From Ilumatobacteraceae bacterium (GTDB lineage: Bacteria > Actinomycetota > Acidimicrobiia > Acidimicrobiales > Ilumatobacteraceae): a DNA stretch of 64,000 bases. The position numbers and the translations under genes are program-made. Positions 55,321 to 64,000 of the stretch are shown here, piece after piece; position 1 is the first letter of the stretch; each line of letters starts with the position of its first letter. A model generated the notes under the pieces. The model was given only the letters and a program-made list of their open reading frames with translations. It was not told the DNA's origin and searched no databases. The stretch is from NCBI GenBank assembly GCA_044356655.1, contig JBIKVV010000001.1:74355-138354 (forward strand), in the 5' to 3' direction.

Positions 55321-56482
55321 GACTTACGACCTTTCGTGTATTGCTTGACTCATTTGAATCGCGCGCGATAACCGCAGTTAGTTCGCGCAGCGCCTCAAGC
55401 GAATGCCCTTCAACGAAGTCATCAATGTAAGGCATCGCTGCAGCCATGCCACGAGCCAGTGGCGCATAGCCAGGGCTAACTTTTAATGGATTAACCCAAA
55501 TGACGCGATACGCCACTCTTTGTAAGCGCAACATTTGTTCTGCAAGTACTTGGGGTTCGCCACGGTCCCAACCGTCAGAGAGAATCACAAAAATTGAACC
55601 GCGCGCAAGCGAGCCAACGCCCCAATTGTCGTTGAAGTTCTGCAAACATTCGCCGAGCCGTGTGCCGCCACTCCAGTCTGAAACTTGGGCTGAAGTGCGA
55701 GCCAGTGCGCGATCTGGGTCACGATTTGCGAGTTCGCGTGTGATGCGAGTTAGGCGAGTGCCGAGGGTAAATGCCTCAACTCGTTGACGACCGACGACGG
55801 CGGCGTGCATGAAACGCAATAACGCTCTCGCATATGGCTCCATTGAGCCCGAGATATCGAGCAATACAACTAGTCTTCGCAGCTTTGTGCTCGGCTCACG
55901 CCAATATCTCTCGATTGGTTCGCCGTCATTTTGTAGTACTGCACGCATCGTGCGCCGAATATCGTGTCGCGAGCCTTTACGGTTTGTTTTTTGAAGTCGC
56001 AACGAGCGCTTTGGAGGCCCTGCAAGTTTTAAACTCGACATGAATTGCTCTGCTTCACGCAACTCAGTTTCGTTGTATGCGGCAAAGTCTTTTTCGCGCA
56101 AAGTTTCGATGCTCGAAAAACGCAAGGTGATGGTATTTTCATCTTCATTGACCGGTGCTGCATTTGAGTCGTCGTTGTTTGCATCTTCGCTGTCGATTAG
56201 CAACGTCACAGACTCAGTTTGTTGCTCATATGTCGCTGTATCAACGGCGATCAGTTGATCCCAAAATATGGCGAATGCGCGATCAAATATCTGAGAATCT
56301 TCATGGCGTCGAATGAGTGTTGCGTACGCCGCCCAATAAACATCGTCACGATTTTCGAGACCGACTTTGCTTAACGCGCTGACGAAAACAATCACCGAAT
56401 CAAGTGGCACGTCGATGCCGGCGCCGCGCAAGACACGGGCAAATGCCACCGCCATTTTGTGGGCAGGCGACGATGCATTCAT
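55313..56482 (-). CDS. coxE: VWA-domain protein, CoxE-like
   Basis: 389 aa. The C-terminal VWA domain has the MIDAS-like motif VVLLDISGSM. It follows the MoxR gene with a 1-nt overlap. Confidence 0.8.
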   Translation of the reverse strand: MNASSPAHKMAVAFARVLRGAGIDVPLDSVIVFVSALSKVGLENRDDVYWAAYATLIRRHEDSQIFDRAFAIFWDQLIAVDTATYEQQTESVTLLIDSEDANNDDSNAAPVNEDENTITLRFSSIETLREKDFAAYNETELREAEQFMSSLKLAGPPKRSLRLQKTNRKGSRHDIRRTMRAVLQNDGEPIERYWREPSTKLRRLVVLLDISGSMEPYARALLRFMHAAVVGRQRVEAFTLGTRLTRITRELANRDPDRALARTSAQVSDWSGGTRLGECLQNFNDNWGVGSLARGSIFVILSDGWDRGEPQVLAEQMLRLQRVAYRVIWVNPLKVSPGYAPLARGMAAAMPYIDDFVEGHSLEALRELTAVIARDSNESSNTRKVVSHA

Positions 56483-57399
56483 TAGTTGCTGTACAAGCCC
56501 CGTTCAAAGGCTTGTTTAACTAATGTCGCGACGCCACTTTCGCGCACGCGCTCGTGGTCTTCGCGGTATTTGAGCACTGTGCCCAGCGTTGCTTGCACGA
56601 CTGATTCGTCTAGCTCGCCGACACCGAGACGACCGAGTGCAGTTGCCCAGTCAATTGTTTCGGCGACGCCCGGCGGTTTGTAAAGTTGCATCTTGCGCAG
56701 CGCTTCGACGGCGGCTGCAACTTGACGGGCGAGAGTTTCAGCAACTTGGGGTACGCGTCGTTTGACAATTTCAACTTCACGATCAAAGTCAGGGTGTTCA
56801 ACCCAGTGATAAAGACATCGACGCTTGAGTGCATCGTGCACGTCGCGGGTGCGGTTCGAAGTCAACACAACTAGTGGCGGTGTCGTGGCTTTGTAAGTGC
56901 CCAGTTCGGGGATCGTGATTTGAAAATCTGAAAGCACTTCTAATAAATACGCTTCAAACTCGTCGTCAGCGCGGTCAATTTCGTCGATCAACAAGACGGG
57001 CGATACGCCAGTGTGTTGGTCGATCGCTTGCAATAGTGCACGACGAATCAAAAACCGCTCGCTATAGAGCTGACCTTCGAGTTTTTCAGCGCCGATTGAT
57101 GTTGCTTCGCCAGTGGCTTCGACGGTGCGTAGGTGCAACAACTGCCGTGAGTAGTCCCAGTCGTACATCGCTTGTGCAGCGTCGATGCCTTCGTAGCACT
57201 GCAAGCGAATAAGTTCGCTGTTGCGAATCGTTGCCAAGACTTTCGCTAATTCGGTTTTGCCGACACCGGCTTCACCTTCAAGCAACAGTGGACGATTGAG
57301 CGAAATCGCCAAGAAGACTGCGGTTGCCAAACCGTCACTTGCGAGATAATTATGTTCGTCAAGTGCGCTTCGAACATCGGCGACTGACTGCAAACTCAT
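56482..57399 (-). CDS. coxD: MoxR-family AAA+ ATPase, CoxD-like
   Basis: 305 aa with Walker A GEAGVGKT and Walker B LLIDEIDRA. Confidence 0.85.
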   Translation of the reverse strand: MSLQSVADVRSALDEHNYLASDGLATAVFLAISLNRPLLLEGEAGVGKTELAKVLATIRNSELIRLQCYEGIDAAQAMYDWDYSRQLLHLRTVEATGEATSIGAEKLEGQLYSERFLIRRALLQAIDQHTGVSPVLLIDEIDRADDEFEAYLLEVLSDFQITIPELGTYKATTPPLVVLTSNRTRDVHDALKRRCLYHWVEHPDFDREVEIVKRRVPQVAETLARQVAAAVEALRKMQLYKPPGVAETIDWATALGRLGVGELDESVVQATLGTVLKYREDHERVRESGVATLVKQAFERGLYSN

Positions 57400-57416
57400 G
57401 TTGTCAGGCTAGAAGA

Positions 57417-58850
57417 TCACGAGTCAAAGCCCAAGCCCAAGCGGTCGAGTAGCCGCAGCCACAAGTTGCGCTTGCCCGTGCGGTCTTCGTAGTCAAGCGA
57501 CCAGCGAGTTGCTTGAATGCCGATGAACCTGAACGGCTCTGGGGGAAACGCGCGTGGTTTGGTTTTGACAAATTCAGTTTGTGTGGCACGAGTTTCGTTT
57601 TTTGCGAGCAGGTCGAGCATCACTTCGCCACCAAAACGCGAAGCAGCTACGCCTAAGCCTGTGTAGCCGAGCGCGTAAGCAACGCGGTTATCAAACTGTG
57701 TGCCCCAAAAGACGCTGTAGCGCGCACATGTATCAATTGGTGCGCCCCACATGTGCGAAAACTTGACGCCTTCAAGTTGCGGAAATGTGGTGAAGAACTG
57801 TCGCGAGAGCATCGCCCACGATTCGGGTCGCGATTCAAGTTCTTTATCCATTTGGCCGCCAAAGTAATAGATTGCGTCGTAGCCGCCCCACAAAATTCTG
57901 TTGTCGGCTGTAAGTCTGAAGTAGTGAAACTGATTTGAACAGTCAGCGAGACCTTGACGATTGTGCCAACCGACGCTTGTGAGTTGATCTGCAGTCAATG
58001 GCTCGGTGACAAGGCAATAGTCATAAACAGGCGCAATATATTTGTTGACTTTGCGCAACAGTGGTTTAAAAGTATTTGTCGCCAACGCCACGTTGTTGGC
58101 TTTGATTTTGGCCAGTGGTGTTTTGATCTCAATTTTTTTCTTCGTGTCGTTCAGGTCGACTGCGCGAGTGTCTTCGTAAATTCTGACACCAAGAGTCTGG
58201 GCGACTCGCTTGAGACCCCATGCCAATCGCGCCGGGTCAACTAGCGCAGACGAATCTTTTGTCCATAAGCCACCCGTGAAAACTGGTGAGTTCACTTCGC
58301 AACGAATCGCATCGCGGTCGAGCCAAATGACATCATGACCAAGATCGCGCAACTGAACGAAATCTTCTTGCAATTCTTCTGTGTAGTTTTCTGGATGCCA
58401 ACTGCTTGCCACTTCAATTGCGCCGTTACGTTCGAAGTCGCAGTCGATGTTGTGTTCGCGAATTACTTTTTCGATTTCGGCGAAGTTCTCACGGCCGAGT
58501 TGTTCGAGAATCGCAACCTCATCGGGAAATCTCTCTTGAGCGTTGGCGATGCCATGAGTCAGCGAATAATCCATAAAGCCGCCATTGCGACTCGTGGCGC
58601 CCGAACCGATTTCGTGTGATTCAATGAGCACGACATCAGCGTTCGCGTCGCGCTGCTTGGCGATGATCGCTGTCCAAAGGCCCGTGAAACCGCCACCAAC
58701 CACGCACAGGTCGCAGTCTTCATCGTGAACTGCAGTTGGGTTCGAGTCGGGCTCGTCAACGTCGTCTAACCAATACGGAAACGTCTCCGCGTCGGCTATC
58801 GCATCAAGGTAACGCTCACTCGACCGCGGCGGAATTGCCGATCGGCCCAT
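57417..58850 (-). CDS. FAD-dependent oxidoreductase (DAO family, gamma-glutamylputrescine/amine-oxidase-like)
   Basis: 477 aa with the dinucleotide motif DLCVVGGGFTGLWTA. Confidence 0.8.
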   Translation of the reverse strand: MGRSAIPPRSSERYLDAIADAETFPYWLDDVDEPDSNPTAVHDEDCDLCVVGGGFTGLWTAIIAKQRDANADVVLIESHEIGSGATSRNGGFMDYSLTHGIANAQERFPDEVAILEQLGRENFAEIEKVIREHNIDCDFERNGAIEVASSWHPENYTEELQEDFVQLRDLGHDVIWLDRDAIRCEVNSPVFTGGLWTKDSSALVDPARLAWGLKRVAQTLGVRIYEDTRAVDLNDTKKKIEIKTPLAKIKANNVALATNTFKPLLRKVNKYIAPVYDYCLVTEPLTADQLTSVGWHNRQGLADCSNQFHYFRLTADNRILWGGYDAIYYFGGQMDKELESRPESWAMLSRQFFTTFPQLEGVKFSHMWGAPIDTCARYSVFWGTQFDNRVAYALGYTGLGVAASRFGGEVMLDLLAKNETRATQTEFVKTKPRAFPPEPFRFIGIQATRWSLDYEDRTGKRNLWLRLLDRLGLGFDS

Positions 58851-58985
58851 TGGGTCTCACCACCTAACAGGGCTAATTATAAGTCTGTATCGGCTGTCGA
58901 GGGCTGTCTTAAGCGCACCGTGAAGCAATTTTGGGGCAGGTTCGGGGTCTTCGTGTGTTGGCCATGAGCTCTAATCTGAAGAACT

Positions 58986-59732
58986 ATGGATCTTGGGCTG
59001 ACAGGACGCACCGCAGCGGTAGCAGGGGGTTCTGCGGGTCTCGGTTTTGCGACCGCCCAAGCGTTAGCCAACGACGGCGTGCGAGTTGTCGTGTGCGGTC
59101 GTGACGAAAAACGCGCCACCGATGCCGCTGCGAAAATTGGCAAATCATGTGTCGGTATTTCTTGTGATGTCTCGTCGGTGGCTGGTGGCGAGAGTTTCGT
59201 CGAGCAAGCCACAAAAATTCTGGGGCAGATAGACATTTTGATTTTGAACAGCGGTGGCCCACCGGCAGGCACTTTTGCTAGCACGAGTGTTGAGAGTTAC
59301 GACAAGGCTTTTGCTAACGGCTTGATGTCAATGATTGCGATGACGAAACTTGTTGTGCCACAAATGCAAACTCACAAGTGGGGCAGAGTTATAGCTATAA
59401 CTTCAATCGCGGTACGTCAGCCGATCGCAAACTTAATTTTGTCGAATACTGCCCGTGCAGGTCTGACTGGATTTCTGAAAACAGTTTCACGTGAAGTTGC
59501 TGGTGATGGCGTAACCGTGAATACAGTGCAGCCTGGCACTCACGACACCGATCGCATCAGACAGTTGTACGGTGCAACACCAGACGCCAAGGCGCTTGAC
59601 ATACCTGCGGGTTTTGTCGGTGACCCGAAAGACTTTGGCAGCATCGTGGCATTTTTGTGCAGCGAGTCGGCGAAATTTATTACTGGTGTCAATTTGCAGG
59701 TTGACGGCGGCGCGTACACGGGTTTGATCTGA
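58986..59732 (+). CDS. Short-chain dehydrogenase/reductase
   Basis: 248 aa with TAAVAGGSAGLGFA and an NSGG-type motif. Classical SDR. Confidence 0.85.
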   Translation: MDLGLTGRTAAVAGGSAGLGFATAQALANDGVRVVVCGRDEKRATDAAAKIGKSCVGISCDVSSVAGGESFVEQATKILGQIDILILNSGGPPAGTFASTSVESYDKAFANGLMSMIAMTKLVVPQMQTHKWGRVIAITSIAVRQPIANLILSNTARAGLTGFLKTVSREVAGDGVTVNTVQPGTHDTDRIRQLYGATPDAKALDIPAGFVGDPKDFGSIVAFLCSESAKFITGVNLQVDGGAYTGLI

Positions 59733-59775
59733 TGTTTGATGTTGGTCGTGCAAGTCGTTGTGTGGGTTTGATCTG

Positions 59776-60072
59776 ATGTTGCAGCATGTCGTGGCAATAA
59801 CTTGGAATGACCAAGTGCCTGCGAACTATCACGAGACAGTCACAAAAGTGTTGCATGACATGGCCAAGCAGATTGAAACTGTGCGCAGTTACCACTGCGG
59901 TCCAGATTTAGGTGTCTCGGCCCCGACGAACGCCGACTATTTGATCGTGGCAACTTTTGATGATGTCGCAGGCTGGCGCGTGTACGACGAGAACCCGTTG
60001 CACAACGAGATTCGAGCCAAATACTTCAAGCCATACATTGCAACGCGTTCAGCCGCGCAAATAAATATCTAA
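59776..60072 (+). CDS. Dabb (stress-responsive alpha/beta-barrel) family protein
   Basis: MLQHVVAITW...DYLIVATFDDVAGWRVYDENPLH. The start is taken at the ATG at 59776. Confidence 0.7.
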   Translation: MLQHVVAITWNDQVPANYHETVTKVLHDMAKQIETVRSYHCGPDLGVSAPTNADYLIVATFDDVAGWRVYDENPLHNEIRAKYFKPYIATRSAAQINI

Positions 60073-60103
60073 GTCGCGCCACGAAGCGGCGCTATGTCGC
60101 GTG

Positions 60104-60928
60104 TTATTTAGAAGCGGCTTCGAGCGCTCGGCGCACCAAGACACTGGCTAAATGCTTGCGATATTCGGTCGAAGCATTCAAGTCGCTTTGCGGGTCGGCC
60201 TCGTTAGATGCCATCGCCGCCGCGTCGCTAATTGACGCGCCTTTGGCGATCGCACCTGCAACGCTTGTTGCCAAAATTGGTGTTGAGCCCATGTTTACGA
60301 GAGCAACACCGGCTTCGCCTTTGCGACGCCATGCAGCCACGCCAACAATTGCCCAATCTTGCGCGCGACGGTTGAACTTTTGAAAGCTCCATCCGGCGCC
60401 CTGCATTTTTGGCACGCGAATTTCGACCAGCATTTCGTCGGCAGCCAAATCGCTTTCGAGAAAGCCTTTGTAAAAGTTCGCGGCTGCGATTTCGCGCTGA
60501 CCTTTTGGTCCTTGCACGACATATGTCGCACCAAGGGCAAGCGTTGTTGCTGGCAAATCGCTGGCTGGGTCGGCGTGCGCGATCGAACCACCGATCGTGC
60601 CACGATGTCGCACTTGAGCATCGCCAACATGACCAGCCGCATGACTAAGAAGTGGTGCGTGCTCATGCAAAACTTTCGAAGTCTCGACATCCATGTGGCG
60701 GGTCAATGCACCAATAGCGATGTGGTTGCCCGCATCTTTGATGTACGACAAATCTTTGACGCGACCGATATCGATCAGCATCGCTGGTTGTGCGAGTCGC
60801 AACTTCATTAGTGGCAACAAACTGTGGCCGCCCGCAAGAAACTTGGCGTCACTGCCGTATTGACTGACAAGAGAGATTGCTTCGGCGGCAGAAGATGCCC
60901 GCTTGTAATCAAATGCTGCAGGAATCAT
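60104..60928 (-). CDS. coxM: Molybdenum hydroxylase FAD-binding medium subunit (CoxM-like)
   Basis: 274 aa with FLAGGHSLLPLMKLR and the FAD_binding_5 layout. Confidence 0.88.
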   Translation of the reverse strand: MIPAAFDYKRASSAAEAISLVSQYGSDAKFLAGGHSLLPLMKLRLAQPAMLIDIGRVKDLSYIKDAGNHIAIGALTRHMDVETSKVLHEHAPLLSHAAGHVGDAQVRHRGTIGGSIAHADPASDLPATTLALGATYVVQGPKGQREIAAANFYKGFLESDLAADEMLVEIRVPKMQGAGWSFQKFNRRAQDWAIVGVAAWRRKGEAGVALVNMGSTPILATSVAGAIAKGASISDAAAMASNEADPQSDLNASTEYRKHLASVLVRRALEAASK

Positions 60929-63318
60929 TTTTTACCTCCACGAGTTGCTTCTTGAATAGTTCTCCAGACTGTTTGTGGCGACGCAGGCATCGCCATCGAC
61001 GTGACGCCCAGGCTTGACAGCGCATCAATGATCGCTGTCATAACTGTTGGGGCCGCACCGATGGTGCCTGCTTCACCGACGCCTTTAACACCGAGTTGAT
61101 TTGTTGGCGACGGCGTGATCGTGTGACCAGTTGTAATCGCTGGTACATCGCTTGCCGCTGGCACGAGATACTCGGAGAGGTTGGATGACTTCAAATTGCC
61201 GTCGCTGTCGTAGACAGCTTCTTCGAATAATGCCTGGGCGATGCCTTGCACCACACCACCGTGTACTTGGCCTTCGACAATCAGCGGATTTATCTGATTG
61301 CCGCAGTCATCAACCGCGATGTATTTCAAAATTTTCACCGCACCGGTTTCGGTGTCGACTTCGACGACGCACATGTGCGTGCCAAATGGCCACGAGAAGT
61401 TTGGTGGGTCATATGAAACTTGCGCTTCAAGGTTTGGTTCGCAGCCGTCTGGCAGATTGTGTGCGGTGAACGCACCGAACGCAATTGCTGCGAGCGGCAA
61501 AGCGCGATCGGGTGAGCCCTTGACGCTGAATGTGCCGCCAACAAACTGCAAGTCTTCGGCCGCACATTCAAGTTGATGAGCGGCTATCAGTTTTGCTTTT
61601 TCGATCACCTTGTCACAAGCGAGCGCAATCGCAACACCGCCGACTGGCAAACTTCGCGAGCCATAAGTGTCAAGACCAAGCGCCGAGATTGCTGTGTCGC
61701 TGTGCAAGACATCGACGTCTTCAGGTGCGACACCGAGTTTTTCTGAGGCGATCATCGCCCACGAAGTTTCGTGTCCTTGACCATGTGGCGAAGTGCCTGT
61801 GATGACCTGCACTTTGTTGGTCGGCAACACGCGAACTGTTGCTGCTTCCCAACCACCAGCGCTGTAGTTGAGCGACGCCAACACGCGCGACGGTGCGAGA
61901 CCGCACATTTCGAAATACGAACTCATGCCGACGCCAAGAAGTTTCGTCGCACCAGGCACGTTCTGTTTTTTCTGTTGCACACGTACGCCGGCGAGATCGG
62001 TCATCTTGGCGGCTTTTTCTGCTGCCAGTAGGTGATCGCCAGAGTCGTATGTCAGACCACTAAATGCCGTGTATGGAAACTGCTCTTTTTTGATGTAGTT
62101 ACGCTTGCGCAACTCGAACGAATCGATTTTCATCTCTCGGGCGAGTGCTTCAATCGCCATTTCAATTGCGTACGTTGCTTCAGGTCGACCGGCGCCGCGG
62201 TATGCATCTGTCGGTGTCAAGTTGGTAAACACCGAAGTGCAACTGAAGTCGTACGCCTTCGGAATGTCATAGACACCTGCATACAAAAACGCCCCCAGCA
62301 AAGGCACACCAGGTGTGACGAGTTGCAGGTACGCACCCATGTCACCGATGATTCGCACTCGAACTGCAGTGATCTTGCCGTTCTCGTCGGCGGCCAGTTC
62401 GACATGTTGAATTTGTCCGCGACCTTGAATTGTTGCCTGTGTATTTTCAGTGCGTTCTTCGACCCAGCGCACAGGTGTGCTGTGTTTGCGGGCGAGTGCC
62501 ATGCACAAGAGTTCTTCGGCGTAAACATCAAGTTTTGAACCGAAACCGCCACCCACGCTTGGCGCGACAACTCGCACTTGTTGCTCGGGTATGCCGAGAG
62601 TAAGTGCAGTCATCACTTTCAAAATGTGTGGAATCTGAGTTGATGAATAAAGGGTGATGTCTCCGCCGAATGGCTGTGGCACTGCGGCGATTGCGCGAGG
62701 CTCCATCGCCATTGGTATCAAACGTTGTTGAACGTAGCGCTCTTTTACTTTGTATTTGGCTTTCTTGAACGCTTCTTCAACGCAGCCAGGAGTCTCTTCA
62801 ACAAGAAGTGGCCACGTGTAGCTCTTGTTAGTGCCAAGGTCTTTGTGAATGACGTTCTTGTCGCTTAGTGCATCTTCGAGATCGACGACCGCTTGTAGCG
62901 GCTCGTATTCGACATCGATTGCATCAAGTGCGTCGCGCGAGGCAGTTTCATTTGTTGCCAGCACTGCAACTACGCCGTCGCCGACATAGTTAACTTTGTC
63001 GATCGCAAGCGGAAAGTGCGGCGGATTCTTCATGTCGGGAGTAACAGGCCATGCGCACGGCATTGGTGCCGCCCACGCTGATTGCAGATCTTTGCCTGTG
63101 TACACGGCAACAACGCCAGCGATTTTTAGTGCAGCTGAAACATTGATTGATTTAATTTTTGCGTGTGCATAAGGTGATCGCAGAACTGACAAATGCAAAG
63201 CACCCGGGATACTTAAATCGTTGGTGAATTTCGCTTCGCCAGTTAAAAGTGGCGGATCTTCACGGCGCAACAACCGTGTGCCGATGATGTTGGTTGGTTT
63301 GTTCTCGGTGATAGTCAT
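60925..63318 (-). CDS. coxL: Molybdenum hydroxylase large subunit, form-II CoxL-like (AYRGAGR active-site loop)
   Basis: 797 aa with GGGFGSK and PTDAYRGAGRPEA. This is not the AYxCSFR loop of bona fide form-I CO dehydrogenases. Confidence 0.88.
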   Translation of the reverse strand: MTITENKPTNIIGTRLLRREDPPLLTGEAKFTNDLSIPGALHLSVLRSPYAHAKIKSINVSAALKIAGVVAVYTGKDLQSAWAAPMPCAWPVTPDMKNPPHFPLAIDKVNYVGDGVVAVLATNETASRDALDAIDVEYEPLQAVVDLEDALSDKNVIHKDLGTNKSYTWPLLVEETPGCVEEAFKKAKYKVKERYVQQRLIPMAMEPRAIAAVPQPFGGDITLYSSTQIPHILKVMTALTLGIPEQQVRVVAPSVGGGFGSKLDVYAEELLCMALARKHSTPVRWVEERTENTQATIQGRGQIQHVELAADENGKITAVRVRIIGDMGAYLQLVTPGVPLLGAFLYAGVYDIPKAYDFSCTSVFTNLTPTDAYRGAGRPEATYAIEMAIEALAREMKIDSFELRKRNYIKKEQFPYTAFSGLTYDSGDHLLAAEKAAKMTDLAGVRVQQKKQNVPGATKLLGVGMSSYFEMCGLAPSRVLASLNYSAGGWEAATVRVLPTNKVQVITGTSPHGQGHETSWAMIASEKLGVAPEDVDVLHSDTAISALGLDTYGSRSLPVGGVAIALACDKVIEKAKLIAAHQLECAAEDLQFVGGTFSVKGSPDRALPLAAIAFGAFTAHNLPDGCEPNLEAQVSYDPPNFSWPFGTHMCVVEVDTETGAVKILKYIAVDDCGNQINPLIVEGQVHGGVVQGIAQALFEEAVYDSDGNLKSSNLSEYLVPAASDVPAITTGHTITPSPTNQLGVKGVGEAGTIGAAPTVMTAIIDALSSLGVTSMAMPASPQTVWRTIQEATRGGKK

Positions 63319-63327
63319 GTCGCCCTC

Positions 63328-63786
63328 TTACTTTGCGCTCGCGGCGGCGAGCACCGACTTGACGATGTTGTGATAGCCAGTGCAACGACACAAGTTGCCT
63401 TCAAGACCCATGCGAACCTCTTCTTCGGTTGGCTTCGGGTTTTCGTTCAACAAACCGATTGCCGCCATAACCATGCCGGGTGTGCAGTAGCCGCATTGAA
63501 GGCCGTGGTTCTCCATGAATGCTGTTTGCATCGGATGCATCACACCATCTTTTGCCAAGCCTTCGATCGTGGTGACGCTCGCACCATCTGCTTGCACTGC
63601 CAAGATTGTGCAACTCTTTACTGCTTCGCCGTTCATGTGAATCGTGCACGCACCACAACTTGATGTGTCGCAACCGACATTTGTGCCGGTTAGGCCAATC
63701 ACCTCGCGGATGTAATGCACCAGCAAAGTTCTTGGCTCAACATCGCCATGATGTTCTTTGCCGTTGACCGTGATTGAAACTTTCAT
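63328..63786 (-). CDS. coxS: Molybdenum hydroxylase [2Fe-2S] small subunit (CoxS-like)
   Basis: [10 protein letters not shown]..., with [10 protein letters not shown] and CRCTGY. The start is set at the ATG at 63786, preceded by GGGGG. The longer ORF adds a non-homologous extension. Confidence 0.88.
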   Translation of the reverse strand: MKVSITVNGKEHHGDVEPRTLLVHYIREVIGLTGTNVGCDTSSCGACTIHMNGEAVKSCTILAVQADGASVTTIEGLAKDGVMHPMQTAFMENHGLQCGYCTPGMVMAAIGLLNENPKPTEEEVRMGLEGNLCRCTGYHNIVKSVLAAASAK

Positions 63787-63911
63787 CTTCAACCCCCATA
63801 TCTGGTTCGGCGCCACTGCCGAACGCTTACCCCTGTAGGCAATCATGCCCCCGAAGGGCACGACCGCACAAATTGAGGATTTCAAGCGCGAATTGCGCTT
63901 AATTCAGGGCT

Positions 63912-64000
63912 CTAATTATCTATCTTTTGCAGGCTGCGTAGGGCGAAAATCACCGTTAAAGCGCTTAGTGCGGCGATGGCAATCAAGCCGCCGTAACTGT
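63912..64000 (-). CDS. C-terminal fragment of a membrane protein (gene continues beyond the window)
   Basis: The minus-strand frame reads ...SYGGLIAIAALSALTVIFALRSLQKIDN, then a stop at 63912-63914. It is too short to classify. Confidence 0.3.
   Translation of the reverse strand, partial: SYGGLIAIAALSALTVIFALRSLQKIDN

Noticed and set aside
63787-63885. The 33-codon N-terminal extension of the CoxS ORF ([13 protein letters not shown]…).
   Set aside because: CoxS homologues start at [10 protein letters not shown]-like sequence, and a GGGGG Shine-Dalgarno sequence precedes the internal ATG at 63786. The upstream stretch also contains a stable hairpin (TGCCC-TTCGG-GGGCA) and a near-palindrome (AAGCGCGAATTGCGCTT), which fit a leader or terminator region better.

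Overview
This is a 64-kb chromosomal segment. Gene content and local synteny point to a moderate-GC member of the Actinomycetota, possibly Acidimicrobiia-like. That placement is an inference from protein motifs and gene order, not from a search. The supporting neighbourhoods are leuA, leuCD, leuB-ilvE-cimA, gltX-tRNA-Gln/tRNA-Glu and FmdB-SAF-galU-moeA.

Most of the window is densely packed housekeeping genes:
- pyrF, a ferredoxin, leuA, homospermidine synthase and a DEAD-box helicase
- leuCD, greA, leuB-ilvE-cimA and gltX
- dxs, tldD/pmbA, uppP and galU
- moeA-moaA-moaC, an acyl-CoA ligase and a PfkB kinase
- the DUF501-ppx operon

I folded three tRNAs by hand: Gln-CUG, Glu-CUC and Ala-CGC.

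The right end (about 52-64 kb) holds a form-II-type CoxSLM molybdoenzyme cluster. It comes with a full maturation set: a MoxR-type ATPase, a VWA protein, two XdhC-type proteins and a MocA-like cytidylyltransferase.

Three stretches are visibly more AT-rich than their surroundings (judged by eye, not computed) and look accessory:
- about 2.2 kb wedged between tRNA-Gln and tRNA-Glu, carrying an FkbM methyltransferase, a TetR regulator and an uncalled 43-aa membrane peptide
- a roughly 5.8-kb, six-gene sugar-modification island at 22.7-28.5 kb
- an orphan gene at 46.9-47.4 kb

I found no CRISPR array, integrase, transposase, phage gene or recognisable defence system. The best candidates for uncharacterised biology are:
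- the sugar-modification island, especially its small-protein/2OG-oxygenase pair
- the orphan-substrate form-II Cox-like cluster, whose maturation operon is led by an amine-oxidase-like flavoenzyme
- an adjacent NifS-like/MOSC pair that resembles a split Moco sulfurase
- a cysteine-less FmdB zinc-ribbon homologue
- an in-frame 54-nt tandem repeat inside pyrF

All functional calls come from reading the translated ORFs. No database search was run.
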